Origin: an uncultured Solirubrobacteraceae bacterium
GTDB taxonomy: Bacteria > Actinomycetota > Thermoleophilia > Solirubrobacterales > Solirubrobacteraceae
Assembly (NCBI GenBank): GCA_964588985.1
Contig: CAZPQW010000015.1
Location: 1-64,000 of the forward strand
Direction of reading: 5' to 3'
Length of the DNA: 64,000 nt
How positions within the stretch are numbered: position 1 is the first letter of the stretch; every line of letters starts with the position of its first letter. A program made the translations under genes and the position numbers. Below the pieces are notes generated by a model that was not told the DNA's origin, did no database searches, and saw only the letters and a list, made by a program, of their open reading frames with translations. This document shows positions 1-8,649 of this stretch, in pieces.

Positions 1-720
1 GCCTCGCCGATCGACTACCTGCGCCTGCCGCTGCACACGCTCAAGGTCGGCTCCTACGGCACCCATCACACGCTCGGGCTGGCCAAGGCCAAGCGCGCCC
101 GCTTCCTGATCTCCTCCACGAGCGAGGTCTATGGCGACCCGCTGGAGCATCCGCAGGCGGAGACCTACTGGGGGCACGTCAATCCGATCGGCCCGCGCGG
201 CGTGTACGACGAGGCCAAGCGCTACGCCGAGGCGCTGACGATGGCCTATCACCGCCAGCAGGGCGTGGACACGGCGATCATGCGGATCTTCAACACGTAC
301 GGCTCGCGGATGCGCCCGCACGATGGGCGCGCGATCCCCACCTTCCTGCGCCAGGGTCTCGCCAACCGGCCGATCACGGTGTTCGGCGACGGCAGTCAGA
401 CTCGCTCGTTCTGCTACGTCAGCGACCTCATTCGCGGGATGATCGCGCTCGCCGAGTCCGGGTACCATAACCCTGTGAACATCGGAAATCCTGACGAGTT
501 CACTCTGTTGGAACTTGCCGAAACGGTCAAGGATCTGGCCGGGTCGACCTCGGAGATCGTCTTCGAGGCGCTGCCCGTCGACGACCCCAAGCAGCGCAAG
601 CCAGACATCACGCTCGCGAACGAGCTGCTCGGCTGGTCGCCCGAAGTGTCGCTGCGCGAGGGGTTGGAGCGCACGATCGAGGACTCCGGCGTCGAGATGC
701 TGATCGGCGGCGCACACTGA
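1..720 (+). CDS. UDP-glucuronate decarboxylase-like NAD-dependent epimerase/dehydratase (5' truncated by window)
   Basis: Frame is open from base 1: ASPIDY..., [28 protein letters not shown] (YxxxK), [36 protein letters not shown] are UXS-family motifs. Confidence 0.92.
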   Translation, partial: ASPIDYLRLPLHTLKVGSYGTHHTLGLAKAKRARFLISSTSEVYGDPLEHPQAETYWGHVNPIGPRGVYDEAKRYAEALTMAYHRQQGVDTAIMRIFNTYGSRMRPHDGRAIPTFLRQGLANRPITVFGDGSQTRSFCYVSDLIRGMIALAESGYHNPVNIGNPDEFTLLELAETVKDLAGSTSEIVFEALPVDDPKQRKPDITLANELLGWSPEVSLREGLERTIEDSGVEMLIGGAH

Positions 721-799
721 AGCCACGTACGTGCCAGGCGCCATGCGGCGGTTTGCGCAACCGCTCCGTGTGGGAACCTGCGGTGTTGTGAGCAGGGAG

Positions 800-2272
800 A
801 TGGCTACGCGCGCAGTCCCACTGCCCGACCGCGACATCCGCAGCAAGCGCCCGCCGGTGCTGTCGTTCATATTGCGGATGTCCACGCTCCGTCGTGGAAC
901 GCGCGTCGCCTCCCTGCTGGCGCTCGACTTCGCCGGCGTCGCGCTCGCGATCTTCACCGCGCTCGTGCTCAAGGAATCTGTGCACGGCAAGGTGATCCCA
1001 GCCAACGCCTATCACGGCACCAAACAGTTCCTCGCGTTCGCCTACCTGCTGACGGCGCTCCTGTTCGCCAGATCCGGCCTCTACGCCCAGCGGGCGCTGC
1101 GCCCGGGGCTCTCGCGGATCGTGGGGTCGCTGTTCCAGGTCGCGTTCGTCGCGCTGATCTACGCGGTCGTCAGCGGAGAACAGTTCTCCAGCTACTACCT
1201 CTTCTACGGCTCGCTCGTGTTCGCGATCTTCTACATCGCCTCGACACGCGCCCTTTATGAGTTCGCGACCGCCGCGCTGCTGCGCGCGGCGGGCTACCGG
1301 CGCCGCGCGGTGATCGTCGGCAGCGGCAAGCACGTGGGCGACGTGGCGCACGCGCTCATCGACGTGCCGCACGCGCCGATCGAAGTCGTGGGCTTCCTGT
1401 CGCCCAACCCGCTGCCGGAGAACGGCGTGCGCGCGCTTGGAACTCTGGATGATCTCGAGCACGTGCTCGCCGGCGAGCGCATCGACGAGCTGATCATCGC
1501 GGACCCGGAGTTTCCTCAGGACGACGCTGTGGAGATCGTCGACCAGTGCCACCGCCGCGGGATCAGGGTGCGTCTCGCGCCGTCCACGATGGAGATCCTG
1601 ATCCACCGTGCGGAGTTCGTCCCGGGACAGTCCGTGCCTCTGTTCGAGCTCAGCTCACCCGTGTTCGAGGGCATCGACTTCGCGCTCAAGCGCACCTTCG
1701 ACATCGTCGGTTCGACGCTGCTGCTCGTGCTGCTCAGCCCGCTGCTGCTCACGATCACGCTCGCTGTAAAGCTCACCTCACGCGGGCCGGTCCTGTTTCA
1801 CTCGATGCGTCGCGGTATCGCCCAGCGCCCGTTCGCGTGCCTGAAGTTCCGCACCATGCACATCGACGCGGAAGATCGCCAATCCGACCTGGAAGAGCTC
1901 AACGAGGCCGACGGGGCGCTGTTCAAGATCCGCGACGATCCGCGTCTCACCGCGGTCGGGCGGATGCTGAGGAAGTTCTCTTTGGACGAGCTGCCGCAGC
2001 TGGTGAACGTGCTGCGTGGCGAGATGTCGCTCGTCGGTCCGCGGCCGCTGCCCGAACGCGACTACGAGATGCTGGAGGAGTGGCACCGCAAGCGCTACCT
2101 GGTGCTTCCCGGGATCACCGGGCTGTGGCAGGTGTCCGGCCGCTCCGAGCTCGACTTCGACGACCTTGTCCACCTGGACTTCATCTACCTCGAGCGCTGG
2201 TCGTTGGCGCTCGATCTGACGATCCTGCTGAAGACGATCCCCGCCGTGTTCACGCGGCGCGGCGCCTACTGA
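800..2272 (+). CDS. Polyprenyl-phosphate priming sugar transferase (WcaJ/CpsE-like)
   Basis: N-terminal TM helices; KRTFDI, KFRTM, DDPRLT.VG..LRKFSLDELPQL.NVL.GEMSLVGPRP, PGITGLWQVSGRS, D..Y...WSL.LD; ATG at 800 preceded by GGGAG. Confidence 0.95.
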   Translation: MATRAVPLPDRDIRSKRPPVLSFILRMSTLRRGTRVASLLALDFAGVALAIFTALVLKESVHGKVIPANAYHGTKQFLAFAYLLTALLFARSGLYAQRALRPGLSRIVGSLFQVAFVALIYAVVSGEQFSSYYLFYGSLVFAIFYIASTRALYEFATAALLRAAGYRRRAVIVGSGKHVGDVAHALIDVPHAPIEVVGFLSPNPLPENGVRALGTLDDLEHVLAGERIDELIIADPEFPQDDAVEIVDQCHRRGIRVRLAPSTMEILIHRAEFVPGQSVPLFELSSPVFEGIDFALKRTFDIVGSTLLLVLLSPLLLTITLAVKLTSRGPVLFHSMRRGIAQRPFACLKFRTMHIDAEDRQSDLEELNEADGALFKIRDDPRLTAVGRMLRKFSLDELPQLVNVLRGEMSLVGPRPLPERDYEMLEEWHRKRYLVLPGITGLWQVSGRSELDFDDLVHLDFIYLERWSLALDLTILLKTIPAVFTRRGAY

Positions 2273-2290
2273 GCAGCGGGCTTTAGAGCC

Positions 2291-2797
2291 TTAGGCGGCT
2301 GTGCTCGCGCGCGCGTAGACATCCCAGATGGCGTGCGCCCACCCGTAGACGCGCCAGGTTTCGCGCTCGGCGTCCTCGCCTGCCCAGGCGGGCGCGGCGG
2401 GGTCCGGCGCGTCGGGGATCACGACCAGGCGCTCGCGCTCGAGTCCGAGCTCGGCGATGGCGTCGTGGGCGAGGGCATCGGTGGGGACGATCACATTCAC
2501 GGCCCGCTGCACGGCGAGCCGGCGCAGCCGCATGTGCATGCCGCCGCAGCGCAGCCGCTCAGAGGGGCGCTTGACGGCGGTGAGGTCGTGGAGCGTGACG
2601 ACCATCGGGCAGGGGCTGTGCAGCATGGCCCCCTGCATCCACGGCGTATGGAACAGGTCGGCCCCGCGCGGCCGGTGCGTCTCGAAGATTTCGTCCTCCT
2701 CGGAGGCGGTCTCCCGCAGGGCTTGCAGCAGACAGCGCGAGTAGCGCCCGACGCCGTTGGGATCGGAGGCCGCACGGCTGTCAAACGCGACCTTCAC
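2291..2797 (-). CDS. Single-domain GT4-like protein (N-terminal Rossmann domain only); possible pseudogene
   Basis: VKVAFDSR...GVGRY, DLFHTP, PMVVTLHDL, VIVPT; C-terminal nucleotide-binding domain absent; GTG at 2797 with upstream GGAGG. Confidence 0.65.
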   Translation of the reverse strand: MKVAFDSRAASDPNGVGRYSRCLLQALRETASEEDEIFETHRPRGADLFHTPWMQGAMLHSPCPMVVTLHDLTAVKRPSERLRCGGMHMRLRRLAVQRAVNVIVPTDALAHDAIAELGLERERLVVIPDAPDPAAPAWAGEDAERETWRVYGWAHAIWDVYARASTAA

Positions 2798-2921
2798 GGT
2801 CTGACTGGCCCCTCCATGCCGTCCCGGACGTGCATGCGCCGAACATAAACACTTTGTGTAGGGATGGATAGAGATGACAGCCAGAGTGCACGCTCTCACC
2901 GGAGATAGCCTTCGCGATGAG

Positions 2922-3548
2922 ATGGTCTCGCGCACCTACTACGAGAGCCTCTGGGAGAGCGTGCCCGAGGGTCTCGAGCCATCCGACTTCGCCCTCCGCA
3001 GGCGCTTCCTCCTGGAGCACGTGCGAGCGGGCGAGCGCGTGCTCGACATCGGCTGCGGTGAGGGTGTTTTCACGGCCGAGCTGGCGCGAGCGGGAGCACA
3101 CGCGGTGGGCATCGAGGTAGCCGAGGAGCCGCTGCGTCGGGCGCGGGCGCTGCACCCCGAGCTCGACCTGCGGCTGGTCGACGCCGATGGGGAGTGGGAC
3201 CTTCCGGATGCGAGCTTCGACGTTGTGTGGGCCGGCGAGACGATCGAGCACGTACTCGACACGGCCGCGTGGCTGTCGGAGGTTCGCCGCGTGCTGCGCT
3301 CCGGCGGCAGCCTCCTGCTGAGCACGCCCGCCCACACGTCTTCGCGGATGCTCGCGCTCGCGTTCTCCAGGCGTGCGTTCGCCGCTCACTTCGATCCCCG
3401 CGGCGATCACATTCGCTTCTACAGCCGCGCGACGCTCACGCGTCTGGTTGCAGACTTTGGCTTCCAGGAGATCGACGTCGTGAGCGCTGCGGGGCTTCCC
3501 GGCGCGCGCCGTCTGTTGCTCCTGCGAGCTATCCGCTCGCGCTTTTGA
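2922..3548 (+). CDS. Class I SAM-dependent methyltransferase
   Basis: RVLDIGCGEG, FDVVWAGETIEHV, RVLRSGG.LLLSTP. Confidence 0.9.
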   Translation: MVSRTYYESLWESVPEGLEPSDFALRRRFLLEHVRAGERVLDIGCGEGVFTAELARAGAHAVGIEVAEEPLRRARALHPELDLRLVDADGEWDLPDASFDVVWAGETIEHVLDTAAWLSEVRRVLRSGGSLLLSTPAHTSSRMLALAFSRRAFAAHFDPRGDHIRFYSRATLTRLVADFGFQEIDVVSAAGLPGARRLLLLRAIRSRF

Positions 3549-5742
3549 CGGGAGTGGCCGCCTGGACGGCTCTAAGGGCCTGGATGTAGTGGTTGTAGAG
3601 CGCGACCGATTCCGCGTTTGCGTATGGCGGATTGAGCTCTTCGGGGGAGATCGACTCGGGGTCGAGGTAGATCGCCGCCTGCAGCTCGTGCAGCGCGGCC
3701 TGCGGATCGCTCGCGAGGTCGTATTCGCCCAGATCCAGCCAGCTCTTCGGGTTCGACGGCTGCAGACGCACCGCGTGCTCGAGGGTCGCCCGCGCGAGCG
3801 TCGGGTGGCCGCTCGCGCCCTGAACGGTCGCGAGCGTGGTCAGTGCTTCGATCGACAGAGGGTCGCGCGAAACGGCGCTGTTGGCAGCAGCGAGCGCGCC
3901 GGCCGGGTCACGTGCCGACAGGAGGGCCTCCGCCCGCATGCTCGCTTCTTCGGAGCGCTGCGGCTGCCACTGCGACCACGCGGCCAGCAGCGCCAGCACG
4001 ATCGCGGCCCCGGCGAGCGTCATGCGCAGAGGGCTCGGGCGCCCCGCGGGCCGAGCGGCGACATCCACGCTCTCCTCGAGCGGGCCGCGTCCCGCCAGCC
4101 AGCCCGCGCACAGCAGCGCGACGCACGCGTCGCCGGGCACGTACCACGTCCAATCCACCAGCGAGTGCACGCCGAACGCCACGACCACGCACAGCATCGC
4201 CAGCATGCCGATCCGCTCCGGGGCGTAGCGCCTCAGAGCCGGAGCGTCGAGGGCTCGCCATCCCGGTCGTCCATCGCGGGGGAGGCTCCAGCGACGATTG
4301 AACGGATGGGTTGCTCTGCCGGCGGCGAGCATCCATGCTGTCAGCAGCGCGAGCGCCAATGCCAGCCCCACGAGTCCCAGGTCCGCGAGGGTCTGCACGA
4401 CGAAGCCGTGCGCGTGCGTGACTTCGAGCGTCTCGCTGCGGTATCGCAGGTGCGCGGTGGCGAACCCTTCCGCGCCGGCGCCGAGAGCGGGGTGGGCTTC
4501 GAACACCTCCAGCGCCTCCTTCCAGTAGCGCGCGCGCACGCTTGCCACCGCCGTGAGGCGACCGGGCGTGTTGGGGGGCACCTTGGCGTTTGGGTTGGTC
4601 AGCGCGTCGACCGCGTGGGAGATGCTCCCCGTCAGCCCTCGGTGGCTGTGCGCGAGCGCTCCCGCGAAGGCGATAAGCGCGACCGCGATCAGCGCCAGTA
4701 GCGTTGCGCCTGCCTGGTTGCGCAGGGCGCGCGAGGGGGATCGAGTGCCGGTCAGGAACCCGATCCCGACGCCTAGCAGCGTTAGCACGACCACCATCGC
4801 CATTACCAGAGCTCCGAGCTGGTGCCCCGCCGTGACCTGTTCGGCGAGTGGGACGTGTTCGTCGCTGAGCGCGTGCGTCGAGAAGTCCCACGCTGCGACA
4901 GCGACCGCGCCCAGCGCCCCCACGCCCAGCACCGCCGTGCTGCGCAGTCGCAGCGGCACGAGGCAGAACCACAGCAGCACGCCGCCCGCGAGCGCGACCA
5001 GCGCGCCCCGCGAATACGCCAGCAGCAACGTCAGCAGCAGCACTCCCATGGCGGGATAGGCGAGTGCGCTCACCAACGCGTGGCCACTGCGACGAGCGCC
5101 CAGCCACAGGCAGCAGATGGCGCCCATAGACGCGGTCAGCCCGACCGCGTTCCAGTAGCCGTATGGATCCTCCAGTCGTGCGTACCTGTCCGCCGGAACG
5201 AGGCTGCCCGGGAAGATCTTCGTCAGCAGCGCATACGCGCACACGACCACCGACGCGAGCGCGAGGCCACCCAGCACCGCCGGCCAGCGTCCCGGCGCGA
5301 GGCGCACGAGCGCCACGGCGGCGGCGAACACGCCGCTGTAGGCGAGCATCCGTCCGGCGTCGCGCCAGCTGTCCTCTGGCTGCACTGACCACACCACCGA
5401 GATCGCGGTCAGCGCGGTGAACGCGAGCAGGAGCCCGGCCGGCCACATCCCGTATCCATGCCCACCCACCGGCAGGCGCACGATCGCCCAGGCCACCACC
5501 GCCGCGGCGGCCATCGTCATCGCCATCTCGGTGGTGGTCATCGTTTCGAGTTTGAGTCCGCCTTTGGCGTAGAAGGTGATCGCGCAGGAGATCGCCGCGA
5601 CCAGCAGCGTCGCGCACCACAGCCCGCGTCGCTGCGTGGTCGACGAGCCGCTCCCAGCGCCGCGCGAATCGTCCTGCCAGACCGCCGGTCGCGCGCCAGG
5701 CGCGCCCGACGCGCGCTCAGCTGGAGCGACCGACACGGACAC
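3529..5742 (-). CDS. O-antigen ligase family membrane protein with C-terminal TPR-like region
   Basis: Many TM segments; RLEDPYGYWNA, YSRG, RARYWKEAL..F..HP.LGAG...F, HAHGFVVQTLADLGLVG, HSLVDW; A..L.P.N...W TPR pattern; start approximate. Confidence 0.85.
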   Translation of the reverse strand: MSVSVAPAERASGAPGARPAVWQDDSRGAGSGSSTTQRRGLWCATLLVAAISCAITFYAKGGLKLETMTTTEMAMTMAAAAVVAWAIVRLPVGGHGYGMWPAGLLLAFTALTAISVVWSVQPEDSWRDAGRMLAYSGVFAAAVALVRLAPGRWPAVLGGLALASVVVCAYALLTKIFPGSLVPADRYARLEDPYGYWNAVGLTASMGAICCLWLGARRSGHALVSALAYPAMGVLLLTLLLAYSRGALVALAGGVLLWFCLVPLRLRSTAVLGVGALGAVAVAAWDFSTHALSDEHVPLAEQVTAGHQLGALVMAMVVVLTLLGVGIGFLTGTRSPSRALRNQAGATLLALIAVALIAFAGALAHSHRGLTGSISHAVDALTNPNAKVPPNTPGRLTAVASVRARYWKEALEVFEAHPALGAGAEGFATAHLRYRSETLEVTHAHGFVVQTLADLGLVGLALALALLTAWMLAAGRATHPFNRRWSLPRDGRPGWRALDAPALRRYAPERIGMLAMLCVVVAFGVHSLVDWTWYVPGDACVALLCAGWLAGRGPLEESVDVAARPAGRPSPLRMTLAGAAIVLALLAAWSQWQPQRSEEASMRAEALLSARDPAGALAAANSAVSRDPLSIEALTTLATVQGASGHPTLARATLEHAVRLQPSNPKSWLDLGEYDLASDPQAALHELQAAIYLDPESISPEELNPPYANAESVALYNHYIQALRAVQAATPVKSASG

Positions 5743-6283
5743 GCTTGCGCAGCACGCCACCGAGGAGAACGAGCAGGCACGCGAGCAGGAACGCGAGCGT
5801 GACGAGCAGGGGGGTGGGCAGCGAGCTCAACGCGGAGGAGATGTTCGTGTGCACCACGCCCGGGGCGATCGTCTCGCCCCCCAGCTGGACGGGCGCCGCG
5901 CCGACACGCGCCGCGTGGGTGACGGCCTGCTGCTCGGCGGGCGACGCGGCCACCGCTGTGGCGCCGGCGGGGCTGCTCGCCGCACCACCGCTCGAGCCGC
6001 CGCCGCCACGAGCGCCGACGGCCGCGGCGCGTTGAGCCCGGCGGATCAGCGACGAGCAGTCGGAATACTCTTCAGCATCCGCGCTCAGATCTTTCAAAGC
6101 CTGCGCGTAGGCGCTCTGGCTGAAGCCGCTCAGCGATTCGCCCTGCGCACAGCGGAAGATGATCTTTTCGCCCACGTTCGCGCTCGCCGCCGGGGCGCTC
6201 ACCAGCGTCACCGTCGCCAGCAGCGCGGCCGTTTGGGCAAGACGATCTCTGAGCGGTCGGCTCTCCGGGCGGGCGAATCTCAT
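5717..6283 (-). CDS. Small secreted, C-terminally membrane-anchored protein
   Basis: Signal peptide ending PAASA; short two-Cys domain; Gly/Ser/Ala linker; LPTPLL + hydrophobic helix + basic tail RKRVR. Confidence 0.75.
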   Translation of the reverse strand: MRFARPESRPLRDRLAQTAALLATVTLVSAPAASANVGEKIIFRCAQGESLSGFSQSAYAQALKDLSADAEEYSDCSSLIRRAQRAAAVGARGGGGSSGGAASSPAGATAVAASPAEQQAVTHAARVGAAPVQLGGETIAPGVVHTNISSALSSLPTPLLVTLAFLLACLLVLLGGVLRKRVRVGRSS

Positions 6284-6289
6284 TGGCGA

Positions 6290-7420
6290 CTATCCAAAAC
6301 TACCAACGCTCGCGGGCGAGAGCGATTGAGAAGCTGATAGGTCGAGACTCGACAGCGCCCGCGAGAACCCGGTGGCCCATGCGTCCTGGCTGTACGCGGC
6401 CACCGAATTTGCCCCCGCGGCGCCCAGCCGCGCGCGCAGCGGCGCGTCGCTCGCCAGCCGCGCGAGCGCCCTCGCGAGCGCCGCGCTGTCGCCTGCCGGC
6501 ACCACCAGGCCGTTCTCGTCGTCGCGAACGAGACCGCCGGCGGCCGCGCCGACGGCATCGCTTGTGATCACTGCGAGTCCTCGGTTCATCGCCTCGTTGA
6601 TCACCAACCCCCAGGGCTCGCGAAAGGTGCGCGTGGCGATCGAGGGCAGCACGAGCACGTCGGCCGCGGCGTACACGTTGCGCAGCTCCACCGGTGTCAC
6701 GGGGTCCAGGCCGACGACGCCGTCCGGAAGTCTCGTCGCATGGCTGTCGCCGTGCAGGTGGGGGGCCGGTCCGACGCCCACGAGCGCGAGCGCGGCCGCG
6801 GGCTCCTTGAGGCCGGATGCGCGCCAGGCGTCGAGCAGGACCTCGATGCCCTTCTCTCGGTCGGGGCGCCCGACGAACAGGAGCTTCACTCCCGCGGCGG
6901 ACGGCCAACGCGGATCGCTCGGCGGCGCGACGTCGGGTGAGCGCCAGAAGTAGTTGTCCACGGCCTGCGACGCCACGTGCACGTTGCTCGCGCCGCGGGC
7001 GCTCACGTACGCGCTGACGTGCGGGCCGTACGTGACGACCGCGTCGGCCGATCGATACAGCGCCCGCAGCGGCAGGTAGGTGAGCGCGTGCGACGGCGTG
7101 CGCGGGTGCGCCCACAGGGACGCCCACAGGATCAGCGGGACGTGACCGCGACGCGCCCCGATCCAGGTGGCCAACGGCGCCACGCGCCCGCCGGTGGGAC
7201 AGACGACCGCGCGGTAGCGTCCGCTGGCCGCGAGCGCCTCGAGCTCGTGAGGTCTCACGTGGCGGTGCGGGAATGGCAGCTCGCCTTCGAAGTCGGCGCC
7301 GCCGTGCTTGGAGCGCCCGCCGAACAGCGCCAGCTCGATCCCCTCGCGCTCGTGCAGGCGAGCGAACGCGCCCACCCGGTAGCCGGGCGCGTGCCCGGTG
7401 ACGAACAGGACGGGCTTCAC
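6290..7420 (-). CDS. Glycosyltransferase family 4
   Basis: VKPVLFVT..., LLFVGR...EKG, YAAADVLVLPS...EPWGLVINEAM; GTGA overlap with upstream stop. Confidence 0.9.
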   Translation of the reverse strand: MKPVLFVTGHAPGYRVGAFARLHEREGIELALFGGRSKHGGADFEGELPFPHRHVRPHELEALAASGRYRAVVCPTGGRVAPLATWIGARRGHVPLILWASLWAHPRTPSHALTYLPLRALYRSADAVVTYGPHVSAYVSARGASNVHVASQAVDNYFWRSPDVAPPSDPRWPSAAGVKLLFVGRPDREKGIEVLLDAWRASGLKEPAAALALVGVGPAPHLHGDSHATRLPDGVVGLDPVTPVELRNVYAAADVLVLPSIATRTFREPWGLVINEAMNRGLAVITSDAVGAAAGGLVRDDENGLVVPAGDSAALARALARLASDAPLRARLGAAGANSVAAYSQDAWATGFSRALSSLDLSASQSLSPASVGSFG

Positions 7421-8649
7421 CGCAGCGCCTGCTCGTACGCGGACACCGTCTGCTCGCCGCAGCGCTCCCAGGTGAAGTGCGCGGCGACCGTCGCTCGCGC
7501 CCGCTGGCCGGCCTCGCGCAGCCGCTGCGGATCCGAGAGCAGCTCGTCGATCCGCTGCGTCAGTCGCTCGATGTCCCCGGGTGGCACGAGCACGAAGCCG
7601 TCGCCCGCGGCGGCGATCTCCTCCGGCCCCGGCTCGCCGCGGCAGCCGATCGCGGGCAGGCCAGCGGCCATCGCCTCGACATAGGCCACGCCGAACGCCT
7701 CGTCGGTGGAGGGCATCACAAACAGCGTGCAGCGGCCCGCGCACTCGAGCGCCTCGCGCGGCGCCAGCTGACCGAGGAAGTCCACGCGCCCGGCTACGCC
7801 GAGGCGCGCGGCGAGCCCTTCCAACGGCACCCGCTCGGGCCCGTCGCCCACGATCACGTAGCGCAGCGTGGGGTGGCGAGGTCCCAGCACGGCGAGCGCG
7901 CGCAGCACGTCGGCGTGGCGCTTGCGCGTCACCAGGTGTCCGACGGTCACGAGCGACGGGAATGCGGCTCGCTCGACCGTGCCTCCCGCATCGCGTCCGG
8001 TGGTGCGTCCGGCGACGGGCAGGTCCGCCCCGAGGTGCACCACGCGCGTCTGTTTCGCGCCGTGCTCGCGCGCCAGCGTCGCGATGCCCTCGCTGTTGGC
8101 GAGTACCAGGCGCGCGGCGCCCAGGCCGCGGGCGACGGCAACGCGGCCCGCCTCGTCGCGCGTCGCGGTGTAGAGCACGTCGCCACCGTGCACCGACACC
8201 ACGAGCGGCGTGTCGCGGCGCGTGCGCCGGACCGCATCGCCGGCGGGCACGGCGTTGTGGGCGTGGATCAGCTCGAAGCCAAACGAGCGCTCGAGGCGAC
8301 GCAGCGCGAGCGCGAGCGCGGGTGCTGCCCACGCGCCCCACTTCGCGTATGAGCGCCCGCGGGGCGGGGAGACGTATGGGACGTATGTGATCGGCAGGCC
8401 GTCGCGCTCCTGTGCGCGCGGCTCGCGGACGCGCGCCGCCAGCTCGCTCCTTGCGCCGCCGGCGCCCGCGACGAGCGACGCACGGGGCGGCACCAGACGG
8501 TGCAGCACGAGCACGTGCACCTCGGCGCCCGCGTCACGCGCTGCCAACGCCTGACGGTGGGCCCAGATACCCAGCACGGGATCGCGCTGGCTTGGATAGA
8601 ACTCGGCCACCACCGCCACCTTCGGTCCATGACGCGACACGCCGCTCAC
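7417..8649 (-). CDS. Glycosyltransferase family 4 (TuaC-like)
   Basis: VAEFYPS...GIW, LIHAHN, SVHGGD, VGHL..RK, FVMPSTDEAFGVAYVEAMAAGLP; GTGA overlap. Confidence 0.9.
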   Translation of the reverse strand: MSGVSRHGPKVAVVAEFYPSQRDPVLGIWAHRQALAARDAGAEVHVLVLHRLVPPRASLVAGAGGARSELAARVREPRAQERDGLPITYVPYVSPPRGRSYAKWGAWAAPALALALRRLERSFGFELIHAHNAVPAGDAVRRTRRDTPLVVSVHGGDVLYTATRDEAGRVAVARGLGAARLVLANSEGIATLAREHGAKQTRVVHLGADLPVAGRTTGRDAGGTVERAAFPSLVTVGHLVTRKRHADVLRALAVLGPRHPTLRYVIVGDGPERVPLEGLAARLGVAGRVDFLGQLAPREALECAGRCTLFVMPSTDEAFGVAYVEAMAAGLPAIGCRGEPGPEEIAAAGDGFVLVPPGDIERLTQRIDELLSDPQRLREAGQRARATVAAHFTWERCGEQTVSAYEQALR

